In this document: positions 40,109 through 50,144 of the stretch, piece by piece
Numbering within the stretch: the stretch's first letter is position 1
Layout: each line of letters begins with the position of its first letter
From: Thainema sp.
GTDB taxonomy: Bacteria > Cyanobacteriota > Cyanobacteriia > Phormidesmidales > Phormidesmidaceae
NCBI GenBank assembly: GCA_052168235.1
Contig: JBQLZK010000025.1
Location: 1 to 64,000, forward strand
Direction of reading: 5' to 3'
DNA length: 64,000 nt
The notes under the pieces: model-generated
Database searches by the model: none
What the model saw: only the letters and a program-made list of their open reading frames with translations
What the model was told of the DNA's origin: nothing
Position numbers and translations under genes: made by a program

Positions 40109-41647
40109 CTATTGCAGACAATCACTCTGGGGTTTGATAGCCGAACTGCGGATCAGCGGCAAAACAAAGGTAAAAATAGATCCCTGATCGGGTTGGCTGT
40201 GGAGATCGATGCGGCCACCGTGGGCTTGGGCAATTGCCCGCACAATGGAGAGGCCTAAGCCAGACCCCTCAGAGCGACGATAGCGACTGTGGCCCCGGAC
40301 GAAGCGCTCAAAGATCCGCTGCTGATCCTCAAAGCCAATTCCTTCGCCGGTGTCTCGTATCCATAGATAGACCTGCTCCTGGCTTTGGGCAGAGCCAAGG
40401 GCAATCGTATCTCCGATTTCCGTATGCTGAGTGGCATTTTGGGCCAGATTGATGATGGCTTCTGTGAGGCGCTGGCGATCGGCCACGAACTGTCCGCTGC
40501 CAACGGCTTCTAGCTGCCAATTTCGGTCAGCAAGCGTCTTCATTTTGACGTAGACTTCCTCGGTGAATGATTGAAGATCGATGGTTGTGGGCAATAGAAA
40601 GTTGGGGTGCTCGGCCTTGGCGAGGAGAACTAACTCGTTGATAAATCGGCTGATGCGGTCGAGTTCATCCAGGACAATATCGAGAGTTTCTTGCTGCTCT
40701 TCTGGGGTTGAGCCCATGAGCTCTAGATGTCCCCGAATGATGGTGATGGGTGTGCGCAGTTCATGCCCGACATCATTCAGTAACTGTCGCTGGCTATTGA
40801 AGGTCGCCTCGATTCGATCCATCATGTCGTTGAACGTGATGGCAAGTTTGGCAATATCACCCTTGCCCCGTACCGGAATGCGTTCGGTCAAATTCGATTC
40901 GCTGATGGAACGGGCGGTTTGGCTCAATAGCCGCAGCGGTGCGAGAACCTGTCCGGCCACGAGCCAGGCTAAGAAAGATGCGATCGCTAAAACAATCAGC
41001 GAAACCTGAATAATAGTTTGAATGGCTTCATTAATTTCAGTTCGCTCACCCATCGTTGTGATGTAGGCCACGACAAACACGCCGCCGACTTGCCCTGTGG
41101 CTGGTACGGGTTCTGTTTGATAGAAAATGCGTACAGGTTCTGCTTGATAGCGAATGGTGCCGGACGGAGTGGTTTCAACCCCTTGCTGCGCCTGAGCCAA
41201 CTGCGCCCAGCGTTCAATTAGCGGTGAATCAGGCTGGAGCGCTGTCGGCAGGGCTAAAGAACTGGCGCGATAAAACTCACCGTTGGAGATCGTCACCAAA
41301 AACTCATCATCTTCGGTGATGTTGCGTGAGAGAAACACATCGAAAACGGCCTCAATGTCATTGCCAAAGGGTTGGCCCGTATCTGGATCATTACCGTTGC
41401 GCAACTGCCGAAACTCTTCGATTTCTTGCTGAAGTGATTGTTGCACCCGCTCTTCCAACTTGGCTAAGAGGATTTGGCGGACAGTTAGGACAGACACTAG
41501 GCTTGAAATGAACATCAAGATCAGATAGCAAATCAAGATGCGAGTGCGAGACTCACTAAACCCCTGCTGCCACCAATGACCTGGTTCCGATTTTGCCGAT
41601 TGACGATTCAAAGCAATTTCTCTCAATCCCCTTGAAATGGTTTTCAC
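40109..41647 (-). CDS. HAMP-domain sensor histidine kinase
   Basis: Two TMs, HAMP, HELRTPIT H-box, N-box, DTGEGI and GSGLGLSIV. Confidence 0.95.
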   Translation of the reverse strand: MKTISRGLREIALNRQSAKSEPGHWWQQGFSESRTRILICYLILMFISSLVSVLTVRQILLAKLEERVQQSLQQEIEEFRQLRNGNDPDTGQPFGNDIEAVFDVFLSRNITEDDEFLVTISNGEFYRASSLALPTALQPDSPLIERWAQLAQAQQGVETTPSGTIRYQAEPVRIFYQTEPVPATGQVGGVFVVAYITTMGERTEINEAIQTIIQVSLIVLAIASFLAWLVAGQVLAPLRLLSQTARSISESNLTERIPVRGKGDIAKLAITFNDMMDRIEATFNSQRQLLNDVGHELRTPITIIRGHLELMGSTPEEQQETLDIVLDELDRISRFINELVLLAKAEHPNFLLPTTIDLQSFTEEVYVKMKTLADRNWQLEAVGSGQFVADRQRLTEAIINLAQNATQHTEIGDTIALGSAQSQEQVYLWIRDTGEGIGFEDQQRIFERFVRGHSRYRRSEGSGLGLSIVRAIAQAHGGRIDLHSQPDQGSIFTFVLPLIRSSAIKPQSDCLQ

Positions 41648-41748
41648 ATCTTCTCTTATTTCGAAGAACCTTCATAGCAAAAGGTTCCTGTCTGCCGTTG
41701 TCAGTCCCTGACATCCGCTGGGTTATAGTGATTCCAGTTAAGAGTGAG

Positions 41749-41799
41749 AGAACGAGAGAGAAGAGTGCCTCATCATGAGGCACTCTTCTCTCTCGTTCT
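41749..41799. repeat. Perfect 25-bp-arm palindrome within a TATAG-ended mini-element
   Basis: AGAACGAGAGAGAAGAGTGCCTCAT c ATGAGGCACTCTTCTCTCTCGTTCT. Confidence 0.85.
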
Positions 41800-41956
41800 T
41801 ATCTAGAACCGCTATAGTAACCGATTCCGTTGGGAAAGGGCGAGAATCAACGCTGCCGCATGACTGGCGCTGTAGCAACAAAATAGCCCTCAGAAGACAA
41901 AGCTTTTGAGGGCCGAGGGTGTGAGGGATTCAAGCGGTTAATTGGGACGAGAACTC

Positions 41957-43027
41957 TTACTGCATTATTTCTCGAAGTCGTCCTTCACACAGCGACAAAA
42001 TCGATTCCGTATAAGGCCGCCGAGTAGGGATGCGCGTACTGATGTGAATGTGACGGACTAGTGTGAGTACAGTATATAGCTCAATCTCTTGCCGTAGCGC
42101 ATTGGCGATTGAAGCAGTACCTGAGGATGCTGAGCCGCTTGTTTCGGTTTGAGTGGCAGTGTGGACAGTCCAGGTTTCGATAAATGTTTCTCGCAGTTTG
42201 ATTTCTTGCGCGTTCATGGCTGCCGAGTTGCCCAGTTGACGCAGACTTTGTTCGGTGATGTGGGCAATAAAGTTACCAATGTCCAATGCTGGAGAGCCTT
42301 GGCAGTACAGATCGAGATCAACTAACCACATGCGATCGCAATCGACCAAAATCTGATCACCATAGAAATCACGATGAATACCTGTTAAGTCGCTGAGTTC
42401 TGTTGCAATCCGAGAGGCTAGCTGATCACAGGCAGCCAAAACTTGCTCAATTCGGAACTGCCACTGGGGAAACTGCTGACTGACTTGAGGCAAACGTTCA
42501 TGCAGAATACGTAGTTCATCCTGGAGGGTATGCGTTTTGCTGGTGGGAATGGGAGTACAGTGCAGCTTATGGGCTAGACCCGCAATCCGGTGCGCTAGAG
42601 AAATGTCCCCGGTCGGTAATCGATCAGTAACGGGTATACCGGGCACTTTACGCTGTAGCCACATTTGCCAAGCTGGGATGATTCCGATTGGTTGAGGGAC
42701 AGAGTAACCATCTGGACTATCAGCTGCAAATCCCTGCTGCCAAAGCGACTGCTGGAGGTGGTGGCTTTTCCAGTCGGTACCGTTGGCGCGAATTTTGCCC
42801 AGTAGAGTGAAAGATTCGGTCGTTGTTGTTAACTGGTATTCGATGAGCGCACGGCGGCCTGGTTTATGACGAACTAGCGTGGCCGCATTGACCTGGCGCA
42901 GGGTGGGAATTACTCTACACAACTGAGTTTGAGCCTGATAGCAGTCAAGAGCATCGGCTAGGAAGGGGATTCGGGGATCTAAGCTGAGTGGGTGACGGGT
43001 GGTGCGGAGGAGGTTGGGAGTGGTCAT
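41957..43027 (-). CDS. Aminoglycoside phosphotransferase-like (APH/kinase fold) protein
   Basis: [10 protein letters not shown] (catalytic loop), VDLD and PALDIGNF motifs. Confidence 0.88.
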   Translation of the reverse strand: MTTPNLLRTTRHPLSLDPRIPFLADALDCYQAQTQLCRVIPTLRQVNAATLVRHKPGRRALIEYQLTTTTESFTLLGKIRANGTDWKSHHLQQSLWQQGFAADSPDGYSVPQPIGIIPAWQMWLQRKVPGIPVTDRLPTGDISLAHRIAGLAHKLHCTPIPTSKTHTLQDELRILHERLPQVSQQFPQWQFRIEQVLAACDQLASRIATELSDLTGIHRDFYGDQILVDCDRMWLVDLDLYCQGSPALDIGNFIAHITEQSLRQLGNSAAMNAQEIKLRETFIETWTVHTATQTETSGSASSGTASIANALRQEIELYTVLTLVRHIHISTRIPTRRPYTESILSLCEGRLREIMQ

Positions 43028-43102
43028 GGGTAGGAGGGTAGATGGGTGGATGGGTGGATGGGTGGATGGGTGGATGGGTGGATGGGTAGATGGGTGGGAG
43101 GG
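43028..43102 (+). repeat. (GGGTGGAT)n octamer tandem repeat
   Basis: About 9 GGG-containing units directly upstream of the APH start codon. Confidence 0.85.
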
Positions 43103-43161
43103 CGGCGTTGTCTATCAGGCCTTGAAACTCAGACGGGGAGTGAATGGTGGGTGATGCTGCT

Positions 43162-45006
43162 CTACTTTAGGTGGGGAGAGGTGGAGGAGTTTGCATCTTG
43201 GACGGCAGACTGCATCTGGTAGAGTGCGGCGTAGTGTCCCTGGCGGCGCATGAGTGCGGCGTGGGTGCCCTGTTCGAGGATTTGACCCTGCTCCAGATAG
43301 AGAATTTGATCGGCTTGGGTGGCCAAGTATAGATTGTGAGTAATTAAAAAAGTGGTGCGATCGCAGGCTAGTCTCCGCAATGCTTCAATTACGGCTTGCT
43401 CATTGGCATTATCGAGGCCAGTGGTTGGCTCATCCAGGATTAAAATTGGTGTGCGGCGGATGGCGGCACGTGCGATCGCAATTCGCTGGCGCTGCCCTCC
43501 TGATAAAGTTGCGCCACGTTCACCGACTACGGTGTCGTAACCCTGGGGTAACGCGGTGATAAATTCATGGGCATTGGCTAACCGAGCCGCTGCCTCAATC
43601 TCGGCATCGCTGACTCCGGCTACACCGTGAGCAATATTTTCCCGAATTGTGGCGGCAAACAGCAGGCTATCCTGCAGGACGGCGCTGATCTGGGGACGCA
43701 AACTATCCAGGGTATAGTCGCGAATATCTTGTCCATCAATTAGAATCCGCCCAGCCGTTGGATCGTAGAGCCGCAGCAGTAGGCTGACTAGGGTAGACTT
43801 GCCGCTACCGGATGCTCCGACAATGGCGATTTGTTGTCCCGGCTGGGCCGTTAGATTAATCCCTCGCAGGACGCTGTGACCAGGTTCATAGGCAAAGTGG
43901 AGATTTGTGAGCTGTACTTGGCCTCGGAAGATGGGAGCTGGTTGGGCTGTTTTGCGATCGCACACGTCGGGCGTTTGCTCTAACACGTTAAGAATCCGCT
44001 CACCAGAGGCGGCGGCTTTGGCCAGGCGACCTGTGTATTTGGCAAAATTCTGCACTGGCTTAAAGGCATTCTTGAGATAAGTCAGGAACACCAGCACATC
44101 GCCTGGTGAGAGGGCATCCTGGATTACTAAGCGCGCACCGTACCACAGCACTAGCGCTGTACCGAGAGCAATAATCACGTCTACAGTACGCTCTAGGTGA
44201 GCCGCTAACCGCTTGGTTTCAACGCTTTCCTTCAGGCTGCGGTGATTCTGCTGAGCAAAGAGATCGGCAAAAGCCTGTTCGAGCGACAGAGCCTGCACCA
44301 GCTTAATGGCAGACAGGGATTCCGCTGCCGTGGCCGCTACGGCTCCCTCCTGCTGCCGTTGATAGAGGGATGCACTGCGGATACGGCGGCTCAAGCGGGT
44401 TGCCGCTAGGGCAAAGAGGGGAAATGTCACCAGCGAGAGCAGCGTTAGTTTCCAGTCGAGCCAAGCCATGACGATGACCATGCCCGCTAGCGTCAAAAGG
44501 CTGACGACGAGTGGCAAAGCGGCTGTGAGTAGAATTTCCTGAAGACGGCTGGCATCGCTGCTGACGCGCACAATCAAGTCACCGCTGCGGGCTTGACTGT
44601 GATAGCGCAAAGATAACCGCTGGAGATGGCGGTAGAGCTGATTCCGCGCTTGGGTCATCACCCGGCTGCCGACAATTGCCAGGCTGACGGTACTCCAATA
44701 CGCTGCGATCGCACGAAGTCCGGTAATGACAATGACGCTGATGGCCGTGAATGTCAGTAGGAGCACCGGATCGAGCGCAGCCAAGCCAGATAGGGGATTA
44801 GAATCCTCTGTACGAGCAGGAATTAGCACATAGTCAAAGATAATTTTGAGCGGCCAGGGTTCTAGTACCCGCAGCCCAACATCCGCGAGTAGCGCTAGGC
44901 CGGAAATCATCAGTAATCCCCGCTGCTGTCGAATATAGGGCCAAAAGGTGCAGACGATGCGCCATAAGCCAGGTACTGTTTGTTGGATGGGGGTGGAGCG
45001 GGTCAT
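43162..45006 (-). CDS. ABC exporter, fused TMD-NBD
   Basis: TM domain, GASGSGKS, LSGGQRQR and LILDEPT. Confidence 0.95.
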   Translation of the reverse strand: MTRSTPIQQTVPGLWRIVCTFWPYIRQQRGLLMISGLALLADVGLRVLEPWPLKIIFDYVLIPARTEDSNPLSGLAALDPVLLLTFTAISVIVITGLRAIAAYWSTVSLAIVGSRVMTQARNQLYRHLQRLSLRYHSQARSGDLIVRVSSDASRLQEILLTAALPLVVSLLTLAGMVIVMAWLDWKLTLLSLVTFPLFALAATRLSRRIRSASLYQRQQEGAVAATAAESLSAIKLVQALSLEQAFADLFAQQNHRSLKESVETKRLAAHLERTVDVIIALGTALVLWYGARLVIQDALSPGDVLVFLTYLKNAFKPVQNFAKYTGRLAKAAASGERILNVLEQTPDVCDRKTAQPAPIFRGQVQLTNLHFAYEPGHSVLRGINLTAQPGQQIAIVGASGSGKSTLVSLLLRLYDPTAGRILIDGQDIRDYTLDSLRPQISAVLQDSLLFAATIRENIAHGVAGVSDAEIEAAARLANAHEFITALPQGYDTVVGERGATLSGGQRQRIAIARAAIRRTPILILDEPTTGLDNANEQAVIEALRRLACDRTTFLITHNLYLATQADQILYLEQGQILEQGTHAALMRRQGHYAALYQMQSAVQDANSSTSPHLK

Positions 45007-46226
45007 AGAGGTGTTTTTTCTGGAATACGGTGTAAGTGGGGGAGTTGGCGAGTTGGCGAGTTGGGGAGTGGGAGGGTGTGGACTTGTGCGATCGCAAGTA
45101 TGCGTTGGGCGATGGTGTCCCAGGTATGGTGGGTCAGAATCTGCTGTCGGGCGGCTTGTCCCAAGTCGCGTCTCAGAGGAGGCGATTGCCAGAGCTGTTC
45201 GAGTGCTGTCGCTAAGGCCGCTTCGTTGCCTGGAGGGCAGAGCAACCCAGTGACGCCATCGTCGATCAGTTCGCTGATCTGCCCAATATGGCTGGCGACG
45301 ACGGGTAATCCTGCTGCCATATATTCGACTACTTTCAAGGGAGAGAAATAGAACTCAGCACTGGCCGGATAAGGGGCAACGGCCACATCCATTGCGGACA
45401 GGAGTTTGGGAATGGCAGCTGGGGGAACCGCGCCAGTTAGATGAGTGACAGCTTGCAGGTTGCGCTGCTGTAAATCGGCTATCAGGGACTCGCTTTGCGG
45501 CCCATTGCCGACAATCAGTAAACGAGCTTTGGGAACCCGCTGATAGAGCTGATCAAAGGCGTTAACCAGATGAGAAAGGCCATGCCAGGGTTTGAGAGAA
45601 CCGACAAAGCCAACGGTAAATGTGTCGCTGGCGGCGCGATGACTCGGCTGGCAGCGATTGAGAAAACGGTGGTGATCAACGCCGTTGGGGATGACATGGA
45701 TGTTCTCTGCACTAACCCAGTTGCTGAGATACTGCTTGACAGCTTGTGATACTGCAATGATGCCACTAGCGGATTGAAACACTCGCTGCGCTACCTGTTC
45801 AGCTACATCTCGGTTGATCAGGCTGCGGTGCTGCGCTTGCTCCTCAATTAGCGGTGCATTCACCTCCAGCAGCCCTGGAATTCCCATGTGCTGGGCATAC
45901 TCCATCGCGCTGTAACTCCACAAGGAGTAGCGTTCGTAGACCAGATCAAAGGGGCCTGCCAGCTTCAAATCAGTATATAAATCGGGATTGGTTGAGAAGG
46001 CCAGTTGCTCTCGAAGGGCAGCGTCACCTTTTGGTACGGGTGGTAAACGGTGTATTTTCAAGTCTTCTAAGTCCGATGGTGGATCACCATCTAAACGCAC
46101 GGCAAATAGCTCCACAGTTGCACCTTGATGACGAAATGCTCGAATCACCTCTTGAACATGGATAGAGCAACCCTTTTGACCGAAAACTGGAATGCCCGGA
46201 TCGGCGCAAACATAAGCAACCCGCAT
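45003..46226 (-). CDS. GT4-family glycosyltransferase
   Basis: GFVGSLKPWHG and YFSPLKVVEYMAAGLPVVAS. Confidence 0.93.
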   Translation of the reverse strand: MRVAYVCADPGIPVFGQKGCSIHVQEVIRAFRHQGATVELFAVRLDGDPPSDLEDLKIHRLPPVPKGDAALREQLAFSTNPDLYTDLKLAGPFDLVYERYSLWSYSAMEYAQHMGIPGLLEVNAPLIEEQAQHRSLINRDVAEQVAQRVFQSASGIIAVSQAVKQYLSNWVSAENIHVIPNGVDHHRFLNRCQPSHRAASDTFTVGFVGSLKPWHGLSHLVNAFDQLYQRVPKARLLIVGNGPQSESLIADLQQRNLQAVTHLTGAVPPAAIPKLLSAMDVAVAPYPASAEFYFSPLKVVEYMAAGLPVVASHIGQISELIDDGVTGLLCPPGNEAALATALEQLWQSPPLRRDLGQAARQQILTHHTWDTIAQRILAIAQVHTLPLPNSPTRQLPHLHRIPEKTPL

Positions 46227-46229
46227 AAA

Positions 46230-47483
46230 CTATACCTCCTGAAGCGTAGGGGCTGGACGAGACTGGGACTGAAAGTGCGATCGCAATTCGGCAGCATTGC
46301 GAGTGATGTCAAACTCTGTTTCAATCAGCGTTCGGGCTTGACGCGCAACCGTTTGCCGTAAATCCGGTTCTGTCAAGAACCGCTCTAGGGCCGTTGCTAA
46401 ACCTGGAGCATCATGCTGGGCAACGAGTAGACCCGTTTTCCCGTCGCGAATAATTTCGGGAATACCTGTTACATCCGTGGCGACACAGGGCGTGCCCAGT
46501 GCCATCGCTTCTAATAACGCAGTCGGTAACCCATCCCGATTGCCGTCGGAACCAATCACATAGGGCGCGGCAAAGACCGCTGCTGATTGCATGAGCTGAA
46601 AGACTTCGCGTTGAGGTCGGGGGCCAAGAATTTCCACCCAGTCATCTAAATGATGAGCTTGGATCTGCGATCGCAGTTCTGACTCTAGTGGCCCAGTGCC
46701 GACAATCTGACAGGTAAACTCACAACCTCGCTGCCGCAGGAGATGACAGGCGTCGATCAAGCGAGCCAATCCCTTCTTTTCCACTAACCGACAAACCGAC
46801 AGGATCTTGGCTGGCCGCTGGCTAGGAGGCTGGTACTGTAAGTTAGCTAAATCCATACCGTTGTAAATGCGCTGTACCGTCTGTGCGGCTGTGCCAAATT
46901 GCTGTTTAAGATAGGCAACGTTGTAGTCACTGACCGTAATGACTGCTGCGGCATCCTGAAGCTTGCGCCGCAGGTCTTCTGGCTCGACGCTGTCATGAAA
47001 GATGTCTTTTGCATGAGCCGTAAAGCTATAGGGTACATCGGCAAAATGGGCAGCGATGCGGGCGACGCTCGTGGCAACACTGCCAAAATGGGCATGAAGA
47101 TGGGTAATGCCTCGCTGCCGAATCTCTTGCGCTAGCCAAGCGGCTTGATAAACCACGCTAGCGGATTCGCCTGCGGCATACTTCAGCTTTTGCCAAAAGT
47201 TGGGTATCACCTGAGCAGCCTGCTGCATTTCAGCCCAAAGGTAACTGGCAGCGGTCGGATTGAGGCTGTTTAAGGCTGGAGTAACGCGACCTTGTGAAGG
47301 TTTCCGCAAATACGTAACAGGCGCACGCACTTGGCTGATCTTGTCCTGAAAGTGAGTGTCCACGGGAGGACGCAGGGCAAAGATGTGCAGGTCTAGTCCA
47401 GCAGCTTCATGGGCCAGAATTTCATTGACAATAAAGGTTTCTGAGTAGCGGGGATACCGTTTAACGATGTAAGCAATACGCAT
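46230..47483 (-). CDS. GT4-family glycosyltransferase (WcaL-like)
   Basis: YP..SETFI.NE, HLHAHF, RLVEKKG and DGLPT.LLEAMALG. Confidence 0.92.
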   Translation of the reverse strand: MRIAYIVKRYPRYSETFIVNEILAHEAAGLDLHIFALRPPVDTHFQDKISQVRAPVTYLRKPSQGRVTPALNSLNPTAASYLWAEMQQAAQVIPNFWQKLKYAAGESASVVYQAAWLAQEIRQRGITHLHAHFGSVATSVARIAAHFADVPYSFTAHAKDIFHDSVEPEDLRRKLQDAAAVITVSDYNVAYLKQQFGTAAQTVQRIYNGMDLANLQYQPPSQRPAKILSVCRLVEKKGLARLIDACHLLRQRGCEFTCQIVGTGPLESELRSQIQAHHLDDWVEILGPRPQREVFQLMQSAAVFAAPYVIGSDGNRDGLPTALLEAMALGTPCVATDVTGIPEIIRDGKTGLLVAQHDAPGLATALERFLTEPDLRQTVARQARTLIETEFDITRNAAELRSHFQSQSRPAPTLQEV

Positions 47484-47617
47484 GTTAGCCAAATGAGTTG
47501 AGTAAATTACATGTTTAACCAGCTAGTAGAGGGTGGACATCGCCAACCAACTTCAACCTATTGGTCGTGCTAAAGCCTTATGGTTAATGCGATACGGCGT
47601 TGTCCAGCTGTTAATCT

Positions 47618-49003
47618 TCAAGAGGCTCGGACAGTGGTCAGATGCGATTCGGATAGTAGGCACTGCAGCTCCAGCAGCAGATTGTCCAAACCACAGAGAT
47701 TCACGGCGGGGTAGGGTGGCGGCTGGATTGGCTGATGTAGCCAATCCGTTAGCGTATCGGGATTGATGGCCGTAGGGTGCAGGACATCGACTAAACCCAT
47801 CTGTTGAAGACGTTCGGCCCGAATCCACTGCTCTAGGCGAGGAGTAACGCGCGGGACTAGCAGCGTTGGTTTCTGGAAAGAAAGAACTTCGCAGGTTGTG
47901 TTGTAGCCACCCATCGCAACAATTCGACTGGCTCGTTCCAGCAGTAGCGTAGGTTCGTCTAGATAATCAATGATGCGGAGTTGGGGATTGGCTATGGCCC
48001 AAGCATGAAGCTGCTGCTTCTGTTCCGGCGGCATGAAGGGACCAGTCAGTAAGACGCCAGTTGTATGGGTCGGAAACGTCGCTTGAGCAAAGGCTGCCGC
48101 TAGTGTTGCACCGTCCTGGCCACCACCCACCAGGCACAATACCAAATCCGTTTCGGGTAGTGCCAGCGCATCTAAGCTGGCATATAAACCAGGATTGGCA
48201 TAGCGCAGTCGCGATCGCTGATCTAGATAACCCAGTGGACGAATTTTGCTAATAATATCGGGCGGTAAATCATATTCTTGACGGAGATCATATACCGCTG
48301 GATCGCCATAAACCCAGACTGCATCATAGTAGCGACGAATAGCTGTTTCATTATCGGCTCGTTGCCAATCTCGCTGGACGGCGGCTGGCGTGTCGAGCAC
48401 ATCCCGCAAACCGAGAACACAGCGGATCTGAGGCTGCGACTTAATATACTCTAAGGTTGGATCAAGCTCGCGCACGGCTCCGCGCGGCACATTGTCAACA
48501 ATCAATATATCGGGCTGGAAACTTTTAATGGCGGTGCGAATCAGTTGCGATCGCATTCCAATCATTTCTTCCAAGGTCAGCCCCAAACGGCGGGATTGAT
48601 ACTGACCATCGGCACATTTATAAAGAGCGGGTAGCGTTAGGCAGTCCACTCCAGCGGGTGTCGGCACATCACTGGCATCCCTCATGCCGCTAATCATCAA
48701 GATGTCGGCATTCAGCGCTGATGCCCCCAGAGTTTGAGCAATCAGGAGGTTGCGCCGCTTGTGACCGAGTCCCATTGTGTCATGGGAGTAGAGAGCAAGC
48801 CGCCAGCGCCGTTGGTCAGGAACAGGCGATGCAGTCGAACAGAGCTGATCGTTTAGTGTTCTTAAATTAGGTGATGGAGATGCACTAAACCGTCGCCTTA
48901 TCTGACTAGATAAGGGTTGTTTAATTTGATTGAGTGAGAACACGTTTCTTTTCCTTACAGATTGACTTTTAGAAACGTTTTCTATGAGATAGATGTTTTG
49001 CAT
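47618..49003 (-). CDS. Predicted glycosyltransferase (GT-B fold, MurG/GT28-like C-terminus)
   Basis: YSHDTMGLGH.RR, VGGGQDG, MGGYNT.CE and VPR..PR.EQ.IRA motifs; true start probably downstream of 49003. Confidence 0.87.
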   Translation of the reverse strand: MQNIYLIENVSKSQSVRKRNVFSLNQIKQPLSSQIRRRFSASPSPNLRTLNDQLCSTASPVPDQRRWRLALYSHDTMGLGHKRRNLLIAQTLGASALNADILMISGMRDASDVPTPAGVDCLTLPALYKCADGQYQSRRLGLTLEEMIGMRSQLIRTAIKSFQPDILIVDNVPRGAVRELDPTLEYIKSQPQIRCVLGLRDVLDTPAAVQRDWQRADNETAIRRYYDAVWVYGDPAVYDLRQEYDLPPDIISKIRPLGYLDQRSRLRYANPGLYASLDALALPETDLVLCLVGGGQDGATLAAAFAQATFPTHTTGVLLTGPFMPPEQKQQLHAWAIANPQLRIIDYLDEPTLLLERASRIVAMGGYNTTCEVLSFQKPTLLVPRVTPRLEQWIRAERLQQMGLVDVLHPTAINPDTLTDWLHQPIQPPPYPAVNLCGLDNLLLELQCLLSESHLTTVRAS

Positions 49004-49019
49004 CTATCTCATAGAAAAC
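48977..49019. promoter_or_regulatory. Perfect 19-bp-arm palindrome at the 5' end of the glycosyltransferase operon
   Basis: GTTTTCTATGAGATAGATG ttttg CATCTATCTCATAGAAAAC. Confidence 0.6.
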
Positions 49020-49320
49020 TCAGCTAGGTTTTTGTTAGAGATTCGGGCTTTGGGGCTTAATGACTTATTAATGTGTCAGGCGGCGATTGCTCCGCTATGG
49101 GGCAGAACATCCCGCTTGGCAATAAGCTGGTTAAGCCTAAGTTAATAATGGCGTTCGTCTCTAAAGGTTCAGTGAAGCCAAAATGAGAAAGCTTTCATAT
49201 ACGAGTTCCCGTCCTGATGCGAATTCTTTTATATGCTTTCTCTCCGTAAGCCATGCCGTTTTGCGTGAAGCTATAGGCGGTTTCTTGACCTGCCTCATCC
49301 TCTCAGCCCCAGAACCGCAT

Positions 49321-49956
49321 ATGAACAGCCCCTCTTCGACTATCCGATCAAACCGCTTAGGCTGGGTTGGGTTTGTGATTGCGACTTTGGCTATCCTGCT
49401 CGTCTCTCACCTGATCCTCTATCCTCAGCCCACACCCGAAACGCTCTTGCTGGCCCTACGGGTCACGTCGTTGACCACAGCCATTCCACTGTGGCTGGTG
49501 TTCGTTGCCCAACCCATTGCCCTCGTTGCTTCAGAGGTAGCCCATTGGATTCAAGCCAATCGCCGCTATTTGTGGCTCACGCTAACGGCATCCCATCTCA
49601 TGCACCGGTATCAAATCGGGCTGTACTACCAAGTTGGACAACAGTGTCCGTTGATTGTGTGGCTGGTGACGCTGCCCGTTTGGATTGTGTTGGTCATTGT
49701 TGCCGCCATTGAATGGGTACGTCCCCAATGGCTCACTGTCCCCGCTACGACATCAACACTCATGAGACTGAGATCGGCTTATTGGCTTGGTTTAGGTTAC
49801 GTCTGGCTGATTTTTACATTGGCCTTTGGCCTCGGAGCCATTGCTCGTCATCTGCCTTTCTACAACATTCCAGCCCTTCTTCTATTTTTAGCCGGGGGCG
49901 CACTCCACGTAATGGGATGGCTTCGACGCGCTGCAGCACCTCCCTCTGGTGTCTAA
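49321..49956 (+). CDS. Hypothetical multi-TM protein (ferric-reductase-like TM domain)
   Basis: About 6 TMs; RRYLWL....SH..H motif; likely start 49321. Confidence 0.6.
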   Translation: MNSPSSTIRSNRLGWVGFVIATLAILLVSHLILYPQPTPETLLLALRVTSLTTAIPLWLVFVAQPIALVASEVAHWIQANRRYLWLTLTASHLMHRYQIGLYYQVGQQCPLIVWLVTLPVWIVLVIVAAIEWVRPQWLTVPATTSTLMRLRSAYWLGLGYVWLIFTLAFGLGAIARHLPFYNIPALLLFLAGGALHVMGWLRRAAAPPSGV

Positions 49957-49988
49957 TAGACTTTATTGGAAATAAAGTTTTTGGGGTT

Positions 49989-50035
49989 GGAAATTGTTTT
50001 GTAGCGCGGCTCCGCCGCGCTACAAAACAATTTCC
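49989..50035. repeat. 22-bp-arm palindrome with GTAG REP-like core
   Basis: GGAAATTGTTTTGTAGCGCGGC tcc GCCGCGCTACAAAACAATTTCC. Confidence 0.8.
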
Positions 50036-50144
50036 GATAAGGTCTAATATCCAGACTGGATATAAAACAGCCTATGGAATTGGACGTTGCTTAATCTGGG
50101 GATGAATGGTGATGTGGGACGGTGCTCCCACATCACCATTCATC

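Noticed and set aside
41957..43027. Aminoglycoside resistance gene
   Set aside because: The APH fold sits within a glycosyltransferase operon, so a biosynthetic kinase is more likely
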